Shown here: in pieces, positions 47,282-55,624 of the stretch
How positions within the stretch are numbered: the stretch's first letter is position 1
Layout: every line of letters starts with the position of its first letter
From: a virus
Lineage: Duplodnaviria > Caudoviricetes
DNA length: 64,000 nucleotides
IMG/VR virus record: IMGVR_UViG_2974736276_000001
Location: 1-64,000 of that record
Direction: 5' to 3' (one strand)
Program-made: the position numbers and the translations under genes
The notes under the pieces: generated by a model
The model's database searches: none
Told to the model about the DNA's origin: nothing
What the model saw: only the letters and a program-made list of their open reading frames with translations

Positions 47282-47826
47282 TTGATTTCACTCTTCAGTT
47301 TAGAAACAAGACCAAATGCAGTATAACCGCTTTCATCTTTCGGGTCAATTACCTGGCTCTTGAAACCACCGTATTGAAGTTCACGCTGAACAAATACTTT
47401 ACCATCACCTGCTACTGCAAGCACCTGATAATCGCATCCGTCTTTACGAAGGGTATCACCAGCAATCACAGGCAAACACACTTCTACATTCTTTTTAATA
47501 TCAATACAATCAAAGTTCCAAGGAGATGAACCGCGATTCAGAGAAATATAATCGTCCTTAAACTTAATAGGATGGGTAGTACCAACAGTATAATCAGAAT
47601 TGCTAATACGAGTATAACGTTGATTTTCAATGTCAAGAATAAAATCAGCTTCAGCATTTGAGCCGGAGATGACAATAGATGTTGAATTTGCTACAATACG
47701 AGTAACTTTAATTATTGTTGTTTTTTCGCCCTGAGCAGTATTATAAGAAAAATTAACCGAATCGCCAGTTTTCAGAGTATGAATAACTTTACGAGTTTCT
47801 CTTTTGGACACACATAGTACATTCAT
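47278..47826 (-). CDS. hypothetical protein (mobD.x region)
   Basis: 182-aa ORF. Confidence 0.65.
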   Translation of the reverse strand: MNVLCVSKRETRKVIHTLKTGDSVNFSYNTAQGEKTTIIKVTRIVANSTSIVISGSNAEADFILDIENQRYTRISNSDYTVGTTHPIKFKDDYISLNRGSSPWNFDCIDIKKNVEVCLPVIAGDTLRKDGCDYQVLAVAGDGKVFVQRELQYGGFKSQVIDPKDESGYTAFGLVSKLKSEIK

Positions 47827-48083
47827 TTTGGAATCACCGAATTTAAATAATCACGAAGTTTAGCAGCTTCAGCAACAGTTAGACCTACTGAATAATGTTC
47901 TGTAGGTGAGAACTGCACAATAGTCAGACCTTCAAAATTTTGTTGATTCATATCTTTCCAATACAAATCAACCGCACGATCTGGTGAGATAATCCGGGCG
48001 GCGCTACCCACCCAGTTCATTGAAGTATTACTTGTCATTAGTGAATTCCAGAGAAGGGCAAAACTTATCGTGTTTAGCTTCAA
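47823..48083 (-). CDS. hypothetical protein
   Basis: ORF track. Confidence 0.5.
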   Translation of the reverse strand: MKLNTISFALLWNSLMTSNTSMNWVGSAARIISPDRAVDLYWKDMNQQNFEGLTIVQFSPTEHYSVGLTVAEAAKLRDYLNSVIPK

Positions 48084-48471
48084 CCCAGGCAGTCACCAGA
48101 GACTTAGGTTTAGGTGGAATACCCGCAGCTTGACGTGCTTCTTTCTTCTCTTGCTTACGCTCTTTATAGCGATTAACTAGATAAGCAATTCCAATACCAC
48201 CACCAACGACTGTAGCAATAATAGCAACAATTGTCAAACCACCTGCAAAGAACGATGCAATCCAGAACCAAAAACCAGCAACCAAACCAGCTTTAGCTAC
48301 AATTTCTGTACCAAGAGATACAAAGAAAAACGTAATCAATGATACCAAAAATAAGTTGACTACGATAATCAAAAGCAACTTGCGAACATAAGGACAAAGG
48401 CTAGTTGGTACAGGTTTGTCTGAGATTTTGTTGATCAGACGATAATGCCAAGAAGATTTAGTAATATTCAT
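48028..48471 (-). CDS. membrane protein
   Basis: MNITKSSWHYRL...SLCPY..., two TM helices, KFCP..EF end. Confidence 0.7.
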   Translation of the reverse strand: MNITKSSWHYRLINKISDKPVPTSLCPYVRKLLLIIVVNLFLVSLITFFFVSLGTEIVAKAGLVAGFWFWIASFFAGGLTIVAIIATVVGGGIGIAYLVNRYKERKQEKKEARQAAGIPPKPKSLVTAWVEAKHDKFCPSLEFTNDK

Positions 48472-48644
48472 TATTTGTATTCCTTATTCAATTCACTGAG
48501 AAGCTGTTTAATTTGTTTTTCGTCGAGAGCAATAATATCATTACCTTGTTTAAGCGTAATACCGGCTTTCTCGAAAGTTACAGATGTCTGATCTAGCGGT
48601 GCTAATGAAGGATCACTGTTAATAAAAAATGTTCCAAATTTCAT
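48471..48644 (-). CDS. small hypothetical protein (57 aa)
   Basis: translated by hand: ...ITLKQGNDIIALD... Confidence 0.55.
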   Translation of the reverse strand: MKFGTFFINSDPSLAPLDQTSVTFEKAGITLKQGNDIIALDEKQIKQLLSELNKEYK

Positions 48645-48683
48645 GCTATATTTCTCACTATGTTATAATGGGTCCAAGGGGTT

Positions 48684-48923
48684 TCAGGCATATTTACTAA
48701 TTCGGTTAGTAATAAAAGATGGAAAATCTTTTTCTCTAATTACTCTTGTACAATAAGGCAATGACTCATGATTCTTGACAAAGCGCTCCTGCTGGCTTGC
48801 CAGACAAGTTGTTACACACAAGAACAATGAACCTGTTTTACCTTTAAAGATACACACTTCAATACGTTCACCATCATATTCTTGTGTAACAAGAAGGTCG
48901 CCTACATCATACGTATTAGACAT
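48684..48923 (-). CDS. hypothetical protein
   Basis: ORF track. Confidence 0.55.
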   Translation of the reverse strand: MSNTYDVGDLLVTQEYDGERIEVCIFKGKTGSLFLCVTTCLASQQERFVKNHESLPYCTRVIREKDFPSFITNRISKYA

Positions 48924-49158
48924 ACAAATTCTCCAGTAACTGGGTTGAAGTTACAATTTCAGTGGTGCCATGATAACGATTGTACAAGTACACCAGCTTG
49001 TTGCATTCATCATCATCTAAATCCATTTTAAATTTAATTTTGACAATAATGGATGCAAAATCGCCACAGAACTCTTCTGCAACTTCTATTGAAATCATTT
49101 TATGCAAATGAATGTATTCTTGAGCAACATCCATTCTTAATTGAGAAAGTCTATACAT
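48916..49158 (-). CDS. hypothetical protein, paralog of the next gene
   Basis: GAGGTG SD. Confidence 0.6.
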   Translation of the reverse strand: MYRLSQLRMDVAQEYIHLHKMISIEVAEEFCGDFASIIVKIKFKMDLDDDECNKLVYLYNRYHGTTEIVTSTQLLENLYV

Positions 49159-49177
49159 TTTTCACCTCAACTTTCAG

Positions 49178-49360
49178 TTATTTTTTCTGCAGATGAGAAA
49201 TTTTCATCAAATCTTCAGCGTTCAGATTCTTACCTTTTATTACCTTAGAAAGAATCTTATTGTGGTCTTTAACAAATTCATCTGCTACAAATTTTGAAAA
49301 CGTTTTAAGCAAAAAATCATGCTCTTTGTTTATGGCTACTCTCAATTCATTAACTTTCAT
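49178..49360 (-). CDS. hypothetical protein
   Basis: AGGAG SD. Confidence 0.6.
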   Translation of the reverse strand: MKVNELRVAINKEHDFLLKTFSKFVADEFVKDHNKILSKVIKGKNLNAEDLMKISHLQKK

Positions 49361-49375
49361 GATATTCTCCTAGAT

Positions 49376-49648
49376 TTATCTCAACTGTGAGTCTTTAGAA
49401 CCGCGTCTGTTATAAGCTGATGTAGCTATCTTATCATACTTTGATTGGCAATGTACACAATATTTGCAACCTTTTACTAAAGCTCTACGAGTCTCAGGAA
49501 TCGGTTCACCACACATTTCATCTTCACAAAATTCTGCAGACTGTTTCTTAGCCTGCAGTTCAAGTTGAAGACGGGTCCAGTCAACTGCATCATTCACAGT
49601 GGCTTCACGAGTTGCGAAGCCTTCATCACTTGGTCCCCAGCCGTTCAT
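49376..49648 (-). CDS. DksA/TraR-family C4 zinc-finger protein (YbiI-like)
   Basis: GW...; CEDEMCGEPIPETRRALV.G..YCVHCQ; C-terminal YNRRGSKDSQLR as in YbiI. Confidence 0.88.
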   Translation of the reverse strand: MNGWGPSDEGFATREATVNDAVDWTRLQLELQAKKQSAEFCEDEMCGEPIPETRRALVKGCKYCVHCQSKYDKIATSAYNRRGSKDSQLR

Positions 49649-50076
49649 TATTCCCAACCTAACCAAGTTTTTGGTGCACCACGTTTATTGAATTCTTTCT
49701 GATCAACTTCATCACTGAACACACCGCAATTAAGCTCTCGCAAGAACAGCTGAGCATCTTGATGAGTCCAGAAGAAACGATTCAAGTTATACACTGTACC
49801 ATCACGAGAAATTCCGCCATCACGCAGAGAAGCATTTCGTTTGTCACCTTTTACCAAAACAACACCTGCATGATTAAAATGAGTGAAAACACCATCCATC
49901 CACAATACTTCACCCGGAATACCTTCATGAGGTTCGTTATAGACATTAGACATGATTTCGAATTCAGTGATATCATTCACATTGAACAAACGATTACGTG
50001 GTGCACCGATAATATGGAAAAGCTTTACACCTGGAACCAATTTGTGGACTTCGTTGAATTTGATTGCTTTAGACAT
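49648..50076 (-). CDS. hypothetical early protein
   Basis: follows the early promoter at 50084-50155. Confidence 0.65.
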   Translation of the reverse strand: MSKAIKFNEVHKLVPGVKLFHIIGAPRNRLFNVNDITEFEIMSNVYNEPHEGIPGEVLWMDGVFTHFNHAGVVLVKGDKRNASLRDGGISRDGTVYNLNRFFWTHQDAQLFLRELNCGVFSDEVDQKEFNKRGAPKTWLGWE

Positions 50077-50083
50077 GATGTTT

Positions 50084-50156
50084 CTCCATTTTGGTTGATG
50101 GAGCTATAGTACTACGGAAGAGAGGGGATGTAAACAGGTAGGTGAAAATTTTTTGA
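50084..50156 (-). promoter_or_regulatory. early promoter with CTCCATC leader
   Basis: GTTTAC...TACTAT-AGCTCCATCAACCAAAATGGAG. Confidence 0.75.
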
Positions 50157-50160
50157 AAAG

Positions 50161-50181
50161 AAAAGGGCCTTGCGGCCCTTA
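50161..50181 (-). terminator. terminator after rI (GCAA loop)
   Basis: AAGGGCC-GCAA-GGCCCTTTT. Confidence 0.8.
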
Positions 50182-50463
50182 GGAGTTGTCAGGGTCGAAC
50201 TCAACCTTCATGACAGATGCGTACTCGATACCTGCACGCTGTCCATTGTTCTTGCATTGAGAAACGCATGTTTCCTTTTCCCATTTGCTTTTTATGAACG
50301 TGAAGAACTGTTCGGATTCTTGTTTGCTTGGTTCTTTAAATTTCGAATACACCGCCATAGCGCCTTCTACATACTGATTGAAGGCTTCGCCGTCAGCGTG
50401 TACTGATGGTGAAAATCCTACACCGAAAAATAAAGCCACGCATACTAATCGAATAAAGGCCAT
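50179..50463 (-). CDS. rI: antiholin RI (lysis inhibition)
   Basis: signal peptide; F..Y.E....VY..F...S..ESEQF..F....C...C...G..YA. Confidence 0.88.
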   Translation of the reverse strand: MAFIRLVCVALFFGVGFSPSVHADGEAFNQYVEGAMAVYSKFKEPSKQESEQFFTFIKSKWEKETCVSQCKNNGQRAGIEYASVMKVEFDPDNS

Positions 50464-50472
50464 TCGGCCTCC

Positions 50473-50691
50473 CTATTTTTGTCCGGTATTTACTTTATGC
50501 TGCAACACAGCCTTGACTTCACTGAGGTACTGTTCAAGATTTCTTTTACGCGTGTAATCAGCTTTGGAGCCCAGTTGACGAAATTCTTCATCTAAACGAG
50601 CAATAGAATGACCAAGCTCACGACGAATCTCGTCAAGTTGTTCTACTTTTAAGTTAGCTAATTTCTTTTCAGACAGCTTTTCCATGAACAC
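50473..50691 (-). CDS. RI.1-like protein
   Basis: [17 protein letters not shown]...ADYTRKR.LE.YL..VKAV. Confidence 0.8.
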   Translation of the reverse strand: MFMEKLSEKKLANLKVEQLDEIRRELGHSIARLDEEFRQLGSKADYTRKRNLEQYLSEVKAVLQHKVNTGQK

Positions 50692-50711
50692 CTCTTGTCA
50701 GTTATTTGTAT

Positions 50712-51062
50712 TTATTGCACAGTGATTGTGCTATTTGCCGCAACTTGCTGCATTGTTTCTGTACACTTAGCAGTGAATATACCTTCAAAGTTACGTTGTA
50801 CCCAGGTCCTTTTGCTGATCTTGTCAATTAAATTAGTGTATGAATCTCTTAGCGAGAGAACTCCAATTTTATTTGGGCATACTGAATTGGTGATAACGTA
50901 TGTGACAGCCATCATCTCGATTTCTTTCTTGTATTCATCCTTTGGAATTCCTTCGGGAATAAGAAACATCACTGTTATTCCTACCACAATTCCAAATAAT
51001 GCAGCTTTACCCGTTGGGTACTTCATTGCTGTCTTTACTCTGGCGATCATTTTATTCTCCAA
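50712..51062 (-). CDS. hypothetical membrane-anchored protein
   Basis: single TM segment, two Cys. Confidence 0.6.
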   Translation of the reverse strand: MENKMIARVKTAMKYPTGKAALFGIVVGITVMFLIPEGIPKDEYKKEIEMMAVTYVITNSVCPNKIGVLSLRDSYTNLIDKISKRTWVQRNFEGIFTAKCTETMQQVAANSTITVQ

Positions 51063-51081
51063 TGGGGCTCACGCCCCTTGA

Positions 51082-51447
51082 TTAGTCCCAATTTGAAGCC
51101 ATGGCACGACGAGCTTTACGGTCACCTTGTTCGTCGTAGGTATAGTCCAAATCCATTTTCAGAGATTTAGCGATAGCCATTTTGTGATACATACGAGGAT
51201 TTTTCTCGATGTAACGCTTCCATCGACATGTGACTGGGAATCCATCACGATGACGTTCTTTCTTTTTCTGTTCGATTTCTTTGCTAAATTTAATGTTACG
51301 CTCAATCTGTTCATAAACGTACTTATTTACTTGTGCTCGCGTAACATCTGTTTTTCTATACCATGTCCATTCAGTATAACGAAATGGATTATTCAGCTGC
51401 TCGATTTCAAACAGGTAACGGCCTTTATTACGGATAGTTCTTGACAT
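51082..51447 (-). CDS. basic hypothetical protein (MSRTIR...)
   Basis: 121 aa, K/R-rich; GAGGT SD inside a hairpin. Confidence 0.7.
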   Translation of the reverse strand: MSRTIRNKGRYLFEIEQLNNPFRYTEWTWYRKTDVTRAQVNKYVYEQIERNIKFSKEIEQKKKERHRDGFPVTCRWKRYIEKNPRMYHKMAIAKSLKMDLDYTYDEQGDRKARRAMASNWD

Positions 51448-51462
51448 ATATACCTCGAATAG

Positions 51463-51501
51463 TTAGTTTCCTATTCGATAGTATCCTGTGTAATGTTTCA
51501 T
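51463..51501 (-). CDS. putative 12-aa leader peptide MKHYTGYYRIGN
   Basis: GAGGTGA SD at normal spacing; the stop codon lies in a hairpin loop. Confidence 0.55.
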   Translation of the reverse strand: MKHYTGYYRIGN

Positions 51502-51567
51502 TTAATCACCTCGAGTATTGAACCGATAATTAATACTATCACAATAAATGATGATGCAATCAAATAG

Positions 51568-52155
51568 TTAATCGTAGACGCCGGTAAGTTCGCACCAATG
51601 TTTACGACATAGTGAAACATATCTATCATTACCACCAACCTCTATTTGATCGCCACTTGTTACAGCATTTCCTTCTTCATCGATACGTGCTACCATCGTA
51701 GCTTTCTTACCACAATGACATACACCTTTCAGCTCACAGAGCTTATCAGCGACTGCGAGAAGGAATTTAGAGCCTTCGAATAGGTTACCCATAAAGTCAG
51801 TTCTCAGTCCATAACACATCACTGGAACATCATAGAGGTCAGCAATCTTACACAACTGGAAGATATTTTCTTGTGTCAAGAATTGAGCTTCATCAACATA
51901 AACGCAGTGAATATCTCGTACACTATTAGCATACTTAAAGAACTCAAAAATATCCATGTCTTTTGTAATCAAATTAGCTTCTTGACGAAGACCTATGCGA
52001 GACACAATTTCACATGCAGAATCACGAGTATCAATATCAGGTTTGAGAAGCAATGTTCCCATACCACGTTCTTTATAGTTATTTGCAGATGTTAATAAAA
52101 ATGCAGATTTTCCTGCATTCATAGAAGCATAGTGGAAATATAACTTAGCCATCAA
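51568..52155 (-). CDS. tk: thymidine kinase
   Basis: SMNAGKS, VDEAQF, YGLRTDF, C.C...CR.H. Confidence 0.96.
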   Translation of the reverse strand: MMAKLYFHYASMNAGKSAFLLTSANNYKERGMGTLLLKPDIDTRDSACEIVSRIGLRQEANLITKDMDIFEFFKYANSVRDIHCVYVDEAQFLTQENIFQLCKIADLYDVPVMCYGLRTDFMGNLFEGSKFLLAVADKLCELKGVCHCGKKATMVARIDEEGNAVTSGDQIEVGGNDRYVSLCRKHWCELTGVYD

Positions 52156-52316
52156 AGCTCCTTAATAAAATTCTGTAGATTGGTTCTATGCCTTTTGGCA
52201 TCTTCAAGCACTTCTTTCCAATCCGAGTCGCAACCATCAGTACGATCTACTATAAATTCAGCGTCAAGGAGTTCATCGATCAAGTTCCATAGCTGTTCTT
52301 TTTGTTCAGAAGTCAT
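52152..52316 (-). CDS. tk.x-family helical small protein (54 aa)
   Basis: translated by hand: MTSEQKEQLWNLIDEL... Confidence 0.6.
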   Translation of the reverse strand: MTSEQKEQLWNLIDELLDAEFIVDRTDGCDSDWKEVLEDAKRHRTNLQNFIKEL

Positions 52317-52510
52317 TTTATCCACTCTGGATGTTCTTGGAATACACCTTCACCTTTATGATTTTTGCATCCTTTATTGGAGCAATAAACCCACCAGTCC
52401 CATCTGCCAAATTCGCCAATAGACATTTCATCATTACAGCAACAATGAATCACCGGCCATTGACAGTGTCTGCATTCTAGGTCAGTCATTTTAGCACTAT
52501 TAATTCTCAT
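52313..52510 (-). CDS. Cys-rich small protein
   Basis: CRHC...CCCN...YCSNKGC. Confidence 0.6.
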   Translation of the reverse strand: MRINSAKMTDLECRHCQWPVIHCCCNDEMSIGEFGRWDWWVYCSNKGCKNHKGEGVFQEHPEWIK

Positions 52511-52680
52511 TAAAGTCCCTCAATAATTGCGCGAATTTTAGCAAGTGTTTCTTCGGTATATTTCTGCGCTTGTAACCATTCACCGTATGTACCACATTCT
52601 GCACGTTCTGCTTGATACCCACGGTCATCGCCGTATTCTTCAATCAATTTCATTAAAGCTTCTTTTTCAAGAATATTCAT
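52510..52680 (-). CDS. tk.x-family small protein (56 aa)
   Basis: translated by hand: MNILEKEALMKLIEE... Confidence 0.6.
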   Translation of the reverse strand: MNILEKEALMKLIEEYGDDRGYQAERAECGTYGEWLQAQKYTEETLAKIRAIIEGL

Positions 52681-52847
52681 TGAATCAAATCCTGCAGATA
52701 ATTATCTAAAACAATGCGAGCCCTTTTAGCAGCCTGCTGAATTTCAGCATACTCAGGATCGCCTTCGATAGTTACAGTTAGAGTAGTTTCACGAAATACT
52801 ACTTCGTCTACTAGTTCCATGATGTATTCTAATTGAACTGGATTCAT
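52677..52847 (-). CDS. tk.x-family small protein (56 aa)
   Basis: translated by hand: MNPVQLEYIMELVDE... Confidence 0.6.
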   Translation of the reverse strand: MNPVQLEYIMELVDEVVFRETTLTVTIEGDPEYAEIQQAAKRARIVLDNYLQDLIQ

Positions 52848-53056
52848 AACCATTTTACCAAGATAACTAGTTCAGGCACATGAACTAATTTCTTTTTCTT
52901 GTTAATGAAAGTATATTCAACGAAGGTGCCTTCATATTCTTTCTCTTTGACAGTTGAATTTGCCATAGGAGATTTCGTTGTTCTACGTTCAGTCCACGTT
53001 CGAATGACAGTAGGCTTATTCTTTGGATCTGTATAATGCGGATAATGAACTTGCAT
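52844..53056 (-). CDS. tk.3-like protein
   Basis: VHYPH.TDPKNK..VIR.W.E. Confidence 0.6.
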   Translation of the reverse strand: MQVHYPHYTDPKNKPTVIRTWTERRTTKSPMANSTVKEKEYEGTFVEYTFINKKKKLVHVPELVILVKWL

Positions 53057-53583
53057 TAGATCTGACCTTTTTCAAGAGCCATCAGAAATTCCAAGTCATG
53101 CTTCAATTGATTATCAGCTTTAGTTGGAATAGGAGCATCTGGACAATAATCTACTACAATGATATTCATATTCGGAGCAGCAAGGTTGATCAGCTTCTCA
53201 ATTAATTTCCAGTCACCACCCGCAATACCAGCACCGATTCGAGGAATGTACAGAGAACGCGTACTATTCTTGCGAATTTTACTTAAGTATTTAAATACAT
53301 TGAAAATTGCGCCGTAGTCGACATTAGGACCTGGCTCATACTGAGTGTATAAGTTATAGCACATATTCACATCATTATCGTGAACAGCATGAGTTAAATC
53401 ACCCAGCTTTGCTCTTGAACCAGAGACTGTATCTCGGTCTATTGCTTCAATTTGCTTGAATGCTTGAGCAAGCTGAAATGCTACTCCAGCTCCCATCATG
53501 CAAAAGCAATTGCATCCGTGTGCGATATCATTACCGGACCGGAAGACCTCGACAATGTTTCCTTTAACGTATTCAACAATCAT
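53056..53583 (-). CDS. macro-domain (ADP-ribose-binding/hydrolase) protein, Tk.4-like
   Basis: AHGCNCF..MGAGVA, NLYTQ, PRIGAGIAGGDW. Confidence 0.9.
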   Translation of the reverse strand: MIVEYVKGNIVEVFRSGNDIAHGCNCFCMMGAGVAFQLAQAFKQIEAIDRDTVSGSRAKLGDLTHAVHDNDVNMCYNLYTQYEPGPNVDYGAIFNVFKYLSKIRKNSTRSLYIPRIGAGIAGGDWKLIEKLINLAAPNMNIIVVDYCPDAPIPTKADNQLKHDLEFLMALEKGQI

Positions 53584-53996
53584 TCTATATCCTTAGCTAT
53601 CAATCTGTGGTCAAATCGATAAGTAGCAGAATTATCACCTTCGTATACACGCACATACATTATTCTGCATGATACGATCTTTGTAAAGTTGCTATAGTCA
53701 TTCGGTGGAACAACTATAACGATTCCTTTGATTTCTCCTGAAGCAGATAAACCACAAGCTCTGATATTAAAACCTGCAGAGCTCATTGATAATCTATCGT
53801 CAGTATCAAAATTATAAAATGTTATTCCGTAAAGCTTACTCTCAGGAGCATATGCTATTTCAGCATGCCTTTGAGCTTCAAAATTAGATTCAATTAATTC
53901 TCCCTGTGTAGCGTAAAGACTCTCTGGATAACCAGAGAGCTTATTCCAAGCGAATGCACTAAATGATACAAGAATCATTAGAAGCAAACTTTTCAT
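53580..53996 (-). CDS. secreted hypothetical protein
   Basis: signal peptide ending AFA. Confidence 0.65.
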   Translation of the reverse strand: MKSLLLMILVSFSAFAWNKLSGYPESLYATQGELIESNFEAQRHAEIAYAPESKLYGITFYNFDTDDRLSMSSAGFNIRACGLSASGEIKGIVIVVPPNDYSNFTKIVSCRIMYVRVYEGDNSATYRFDHRLIAKDIE

Positions 53997-54310
53997 TTTT
54001 CTGCAAGACCTTTAACATAGAGCATCAACAACTGATCTCTATAAGCTGAACACAAGTCTGCATTGGGTGCTTTAGCACAAAACGTAGACAACCGACTCTT
54101 CTTGTCTATTACCAGTTTGTTCAGATCAGCATTCTTCTTTCCACCATCTTTTTGACCTGCATGATATGCTGAATCAAGTTCAAGTGAAAGGATGTCTATA
54201 CACTCCAAGTTAGATGAGCAAAAACGCTTAGCGATTTCTAAAGACTGATCATAAGCATTTGCTGCTGATACTGAAAATAAAATCGAAAGCAATAGACATA
54301 ATTTCTTCAT
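53993..54310 (-). CDS. vs: Vs-like protein (valyl-tRNA synthetase modifier family)
   Basis: signal-like N-terminus; C..N..C, AY..G..D, C...C...GL pattern; synteny. Confidence 0.7.
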   Translation of the reverse strand: MKKLCLLLSILFSVSAANAYDQSLEIAKRFCSSNLECIDILSLELDSAYHAGQKDGGKKNADLNKLVIDKKSRLSTFCAKAPNADLCSAYRDQLLMLYVKGLAEK

Positions 54311-54858
54311 TCTATTACCACCTCTAACATCTTGTTCGACTTAAGATAATTGGCCTTCTCTAATACATGAGAAGCATAAGCATTCCCGGCCTTCCACTTC
54401 CATCCAGCATTGTAAGACGCTATAGCCTTACGCATATTTCCGTTATGCACGTTTAGCCAATAACTTAACTCAATGTACGCCCATGATGCAGAATTACTTC
54501 GTTTCTTGACCATTTCAATAAGCTGTGCGTCAGTCATTTTCCAACCAATTTGATCTACTCTGGATCTAATCGTTGGGAGGTAATTCTGGAACATACCGTA
54601 TGCTTCATGTCCCTTATTATTCTGGTGTTTTAATCCTGCTGAGCTCTCTTGCCATGCTAAAGCAGCCATGATATATCCGAGCCCAGAATTATCGTAACGT
54701 GTTTTATGATTTTTGAATTTGCCGTCCTTTGAGAATTGTTCTCCAAACTGGTACGCAAATTGCAAGTTATCAAGTTGAACATTACTGAAAGTGTGCTGCT
54801 CAGCAGCAAAAGTGTTCAGTGAGAACGCTAGTGCCAGCGCAGCAATCGCTTTTTTCAT
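54307..54858 (-). CDS. Vs.1 lytic transglycosylase (SLT-like)
   Basis: WQESS, YGMFQ, ASYNAG; signal peptide. Confidence 0.88.
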   Translation of the reverse strand: MKKAIAALALAFSLNTFAAEQHTFSNVQLDNLQFAYQFGEQFSKDGKFKNHKTRYDNSGLGYIMAALAWQESSAGLKHQNNKGHEAYGMFQNYLPTIRSRVDQIGWKMTDAQLIEMVKKRSNSASWAYIELSYWLNVHNGNMRKAIASYNAGWKWKAGNAYASHVLEKANYLKSNKMLEVVIE

Positions 54859-54865
54859 GTTTACC

Positions 54866-55330
54866 TCATAGATAAATTTCGTGGGTACTGATCTTTCCTT
54901 TAAGACGTTTATTATTAACGAATGCCATGCGGCAGCAAAGTCCAAAGCTTTTAGTATTTGGTTCTGACTTGTTTACAGTCATTCCCAGCCACAGATTTTT
55001 GTCTGTGATTTCTAAACGCATTGGTCTATATTTGACGTTCGGATCTAGCTCTTTTTCTACATCAGGCATCGGCGGCAATTGAAGAAAATCAATCACTTCC
55101 TTCACATGACCTGATAACTTTTTGAACAGATCAAACACATATGTTTCATCAATCTCACGCTGAATCGCTCGGTCCAGTAAGTGAGATGAATATTTGACAT
55201 GAAAATCGATGCCAGTTCCTGTTGACTTGCATGCTTCACGAATTTGACGATTGATTTTTTCGAATTCGTCCACAAAGATGCGACGAAGTTTGTTGCGACG
55301 AATGTATACTTCTGGATTGATCTCTGACAT
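54866..55330 (-). CDS. regB: GGAG-specific endoribonuclease RegB
   Basis: INPEVYIRRNKLRRIF, FHVKYS.HLLDRAIQREIDE, RLEITD. Confidence 0.94.
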   Translation of the reverse strand: MSEINPEVYIRRNKLRRIFVDEFEKINRQIREACKSTGTGIDFHVKYSSHLLDRAIQREIDETYVFDLFKKLSGHVKEVIDFLQLPPMPDVEKELDPNVKYRPMRLEITDKNLWLGMTVNKSEPNTKSFGLCCRMAFVNNKRLKGKISTHEIYL

Positions 55331-55337
55331 TTTTAAG

Positions 55338-55395
55338 CTCCTCTTGTTGGTGTAAGACTATATTACTACAGCAAGAGGAGAGTGTACACTACTTT
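55338..55395 (-). promoter_or_regulatory. early promoter of regB
   Basis: GTGTAC...TAATAT; spacer is complementary to the GAGGAG SD. Confidence 0.7.
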
Positions 55396-55624
55396 ATGAA
55401 ACTTTTTCGTGAGTTTCGTTATCATACTCAACGATAGTGATAGGTTCGTCGATACCGAATCCTTCTACAGAAAGATAAGTTGTAGCATCAACGTATTCAC
55501 GCTTTACTGGGTCGAAGTATCCTTGTGCGTGGGATTCAAAGAAATCCTGTTCGCCAGAATTCGAAAACCAGCCACAGAAAGTTGAGACCAGGTGATCAGG
55601 GATGTTGATATTAATGGTCGCCAT
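55394..55624 (-). CDS. hypothetical protein
   Basis: F.GWFSNSGEQDF motif. Confidence 0.6.
   Translation of the reverse strand: MATININIPDHLVSTFCGWFSNSGEQDFFESHAQGYFDPVKREYVDATTYLSVEGFGIDEPITIVEYDNETHEKVS

Noticed and set aside
54859-54945. N-terminal extension of vs.1 in the ORF track
   Set aside because: It overlaps regB; the ATG at 54858 has a GAGGT SD and starts a signal peptide.
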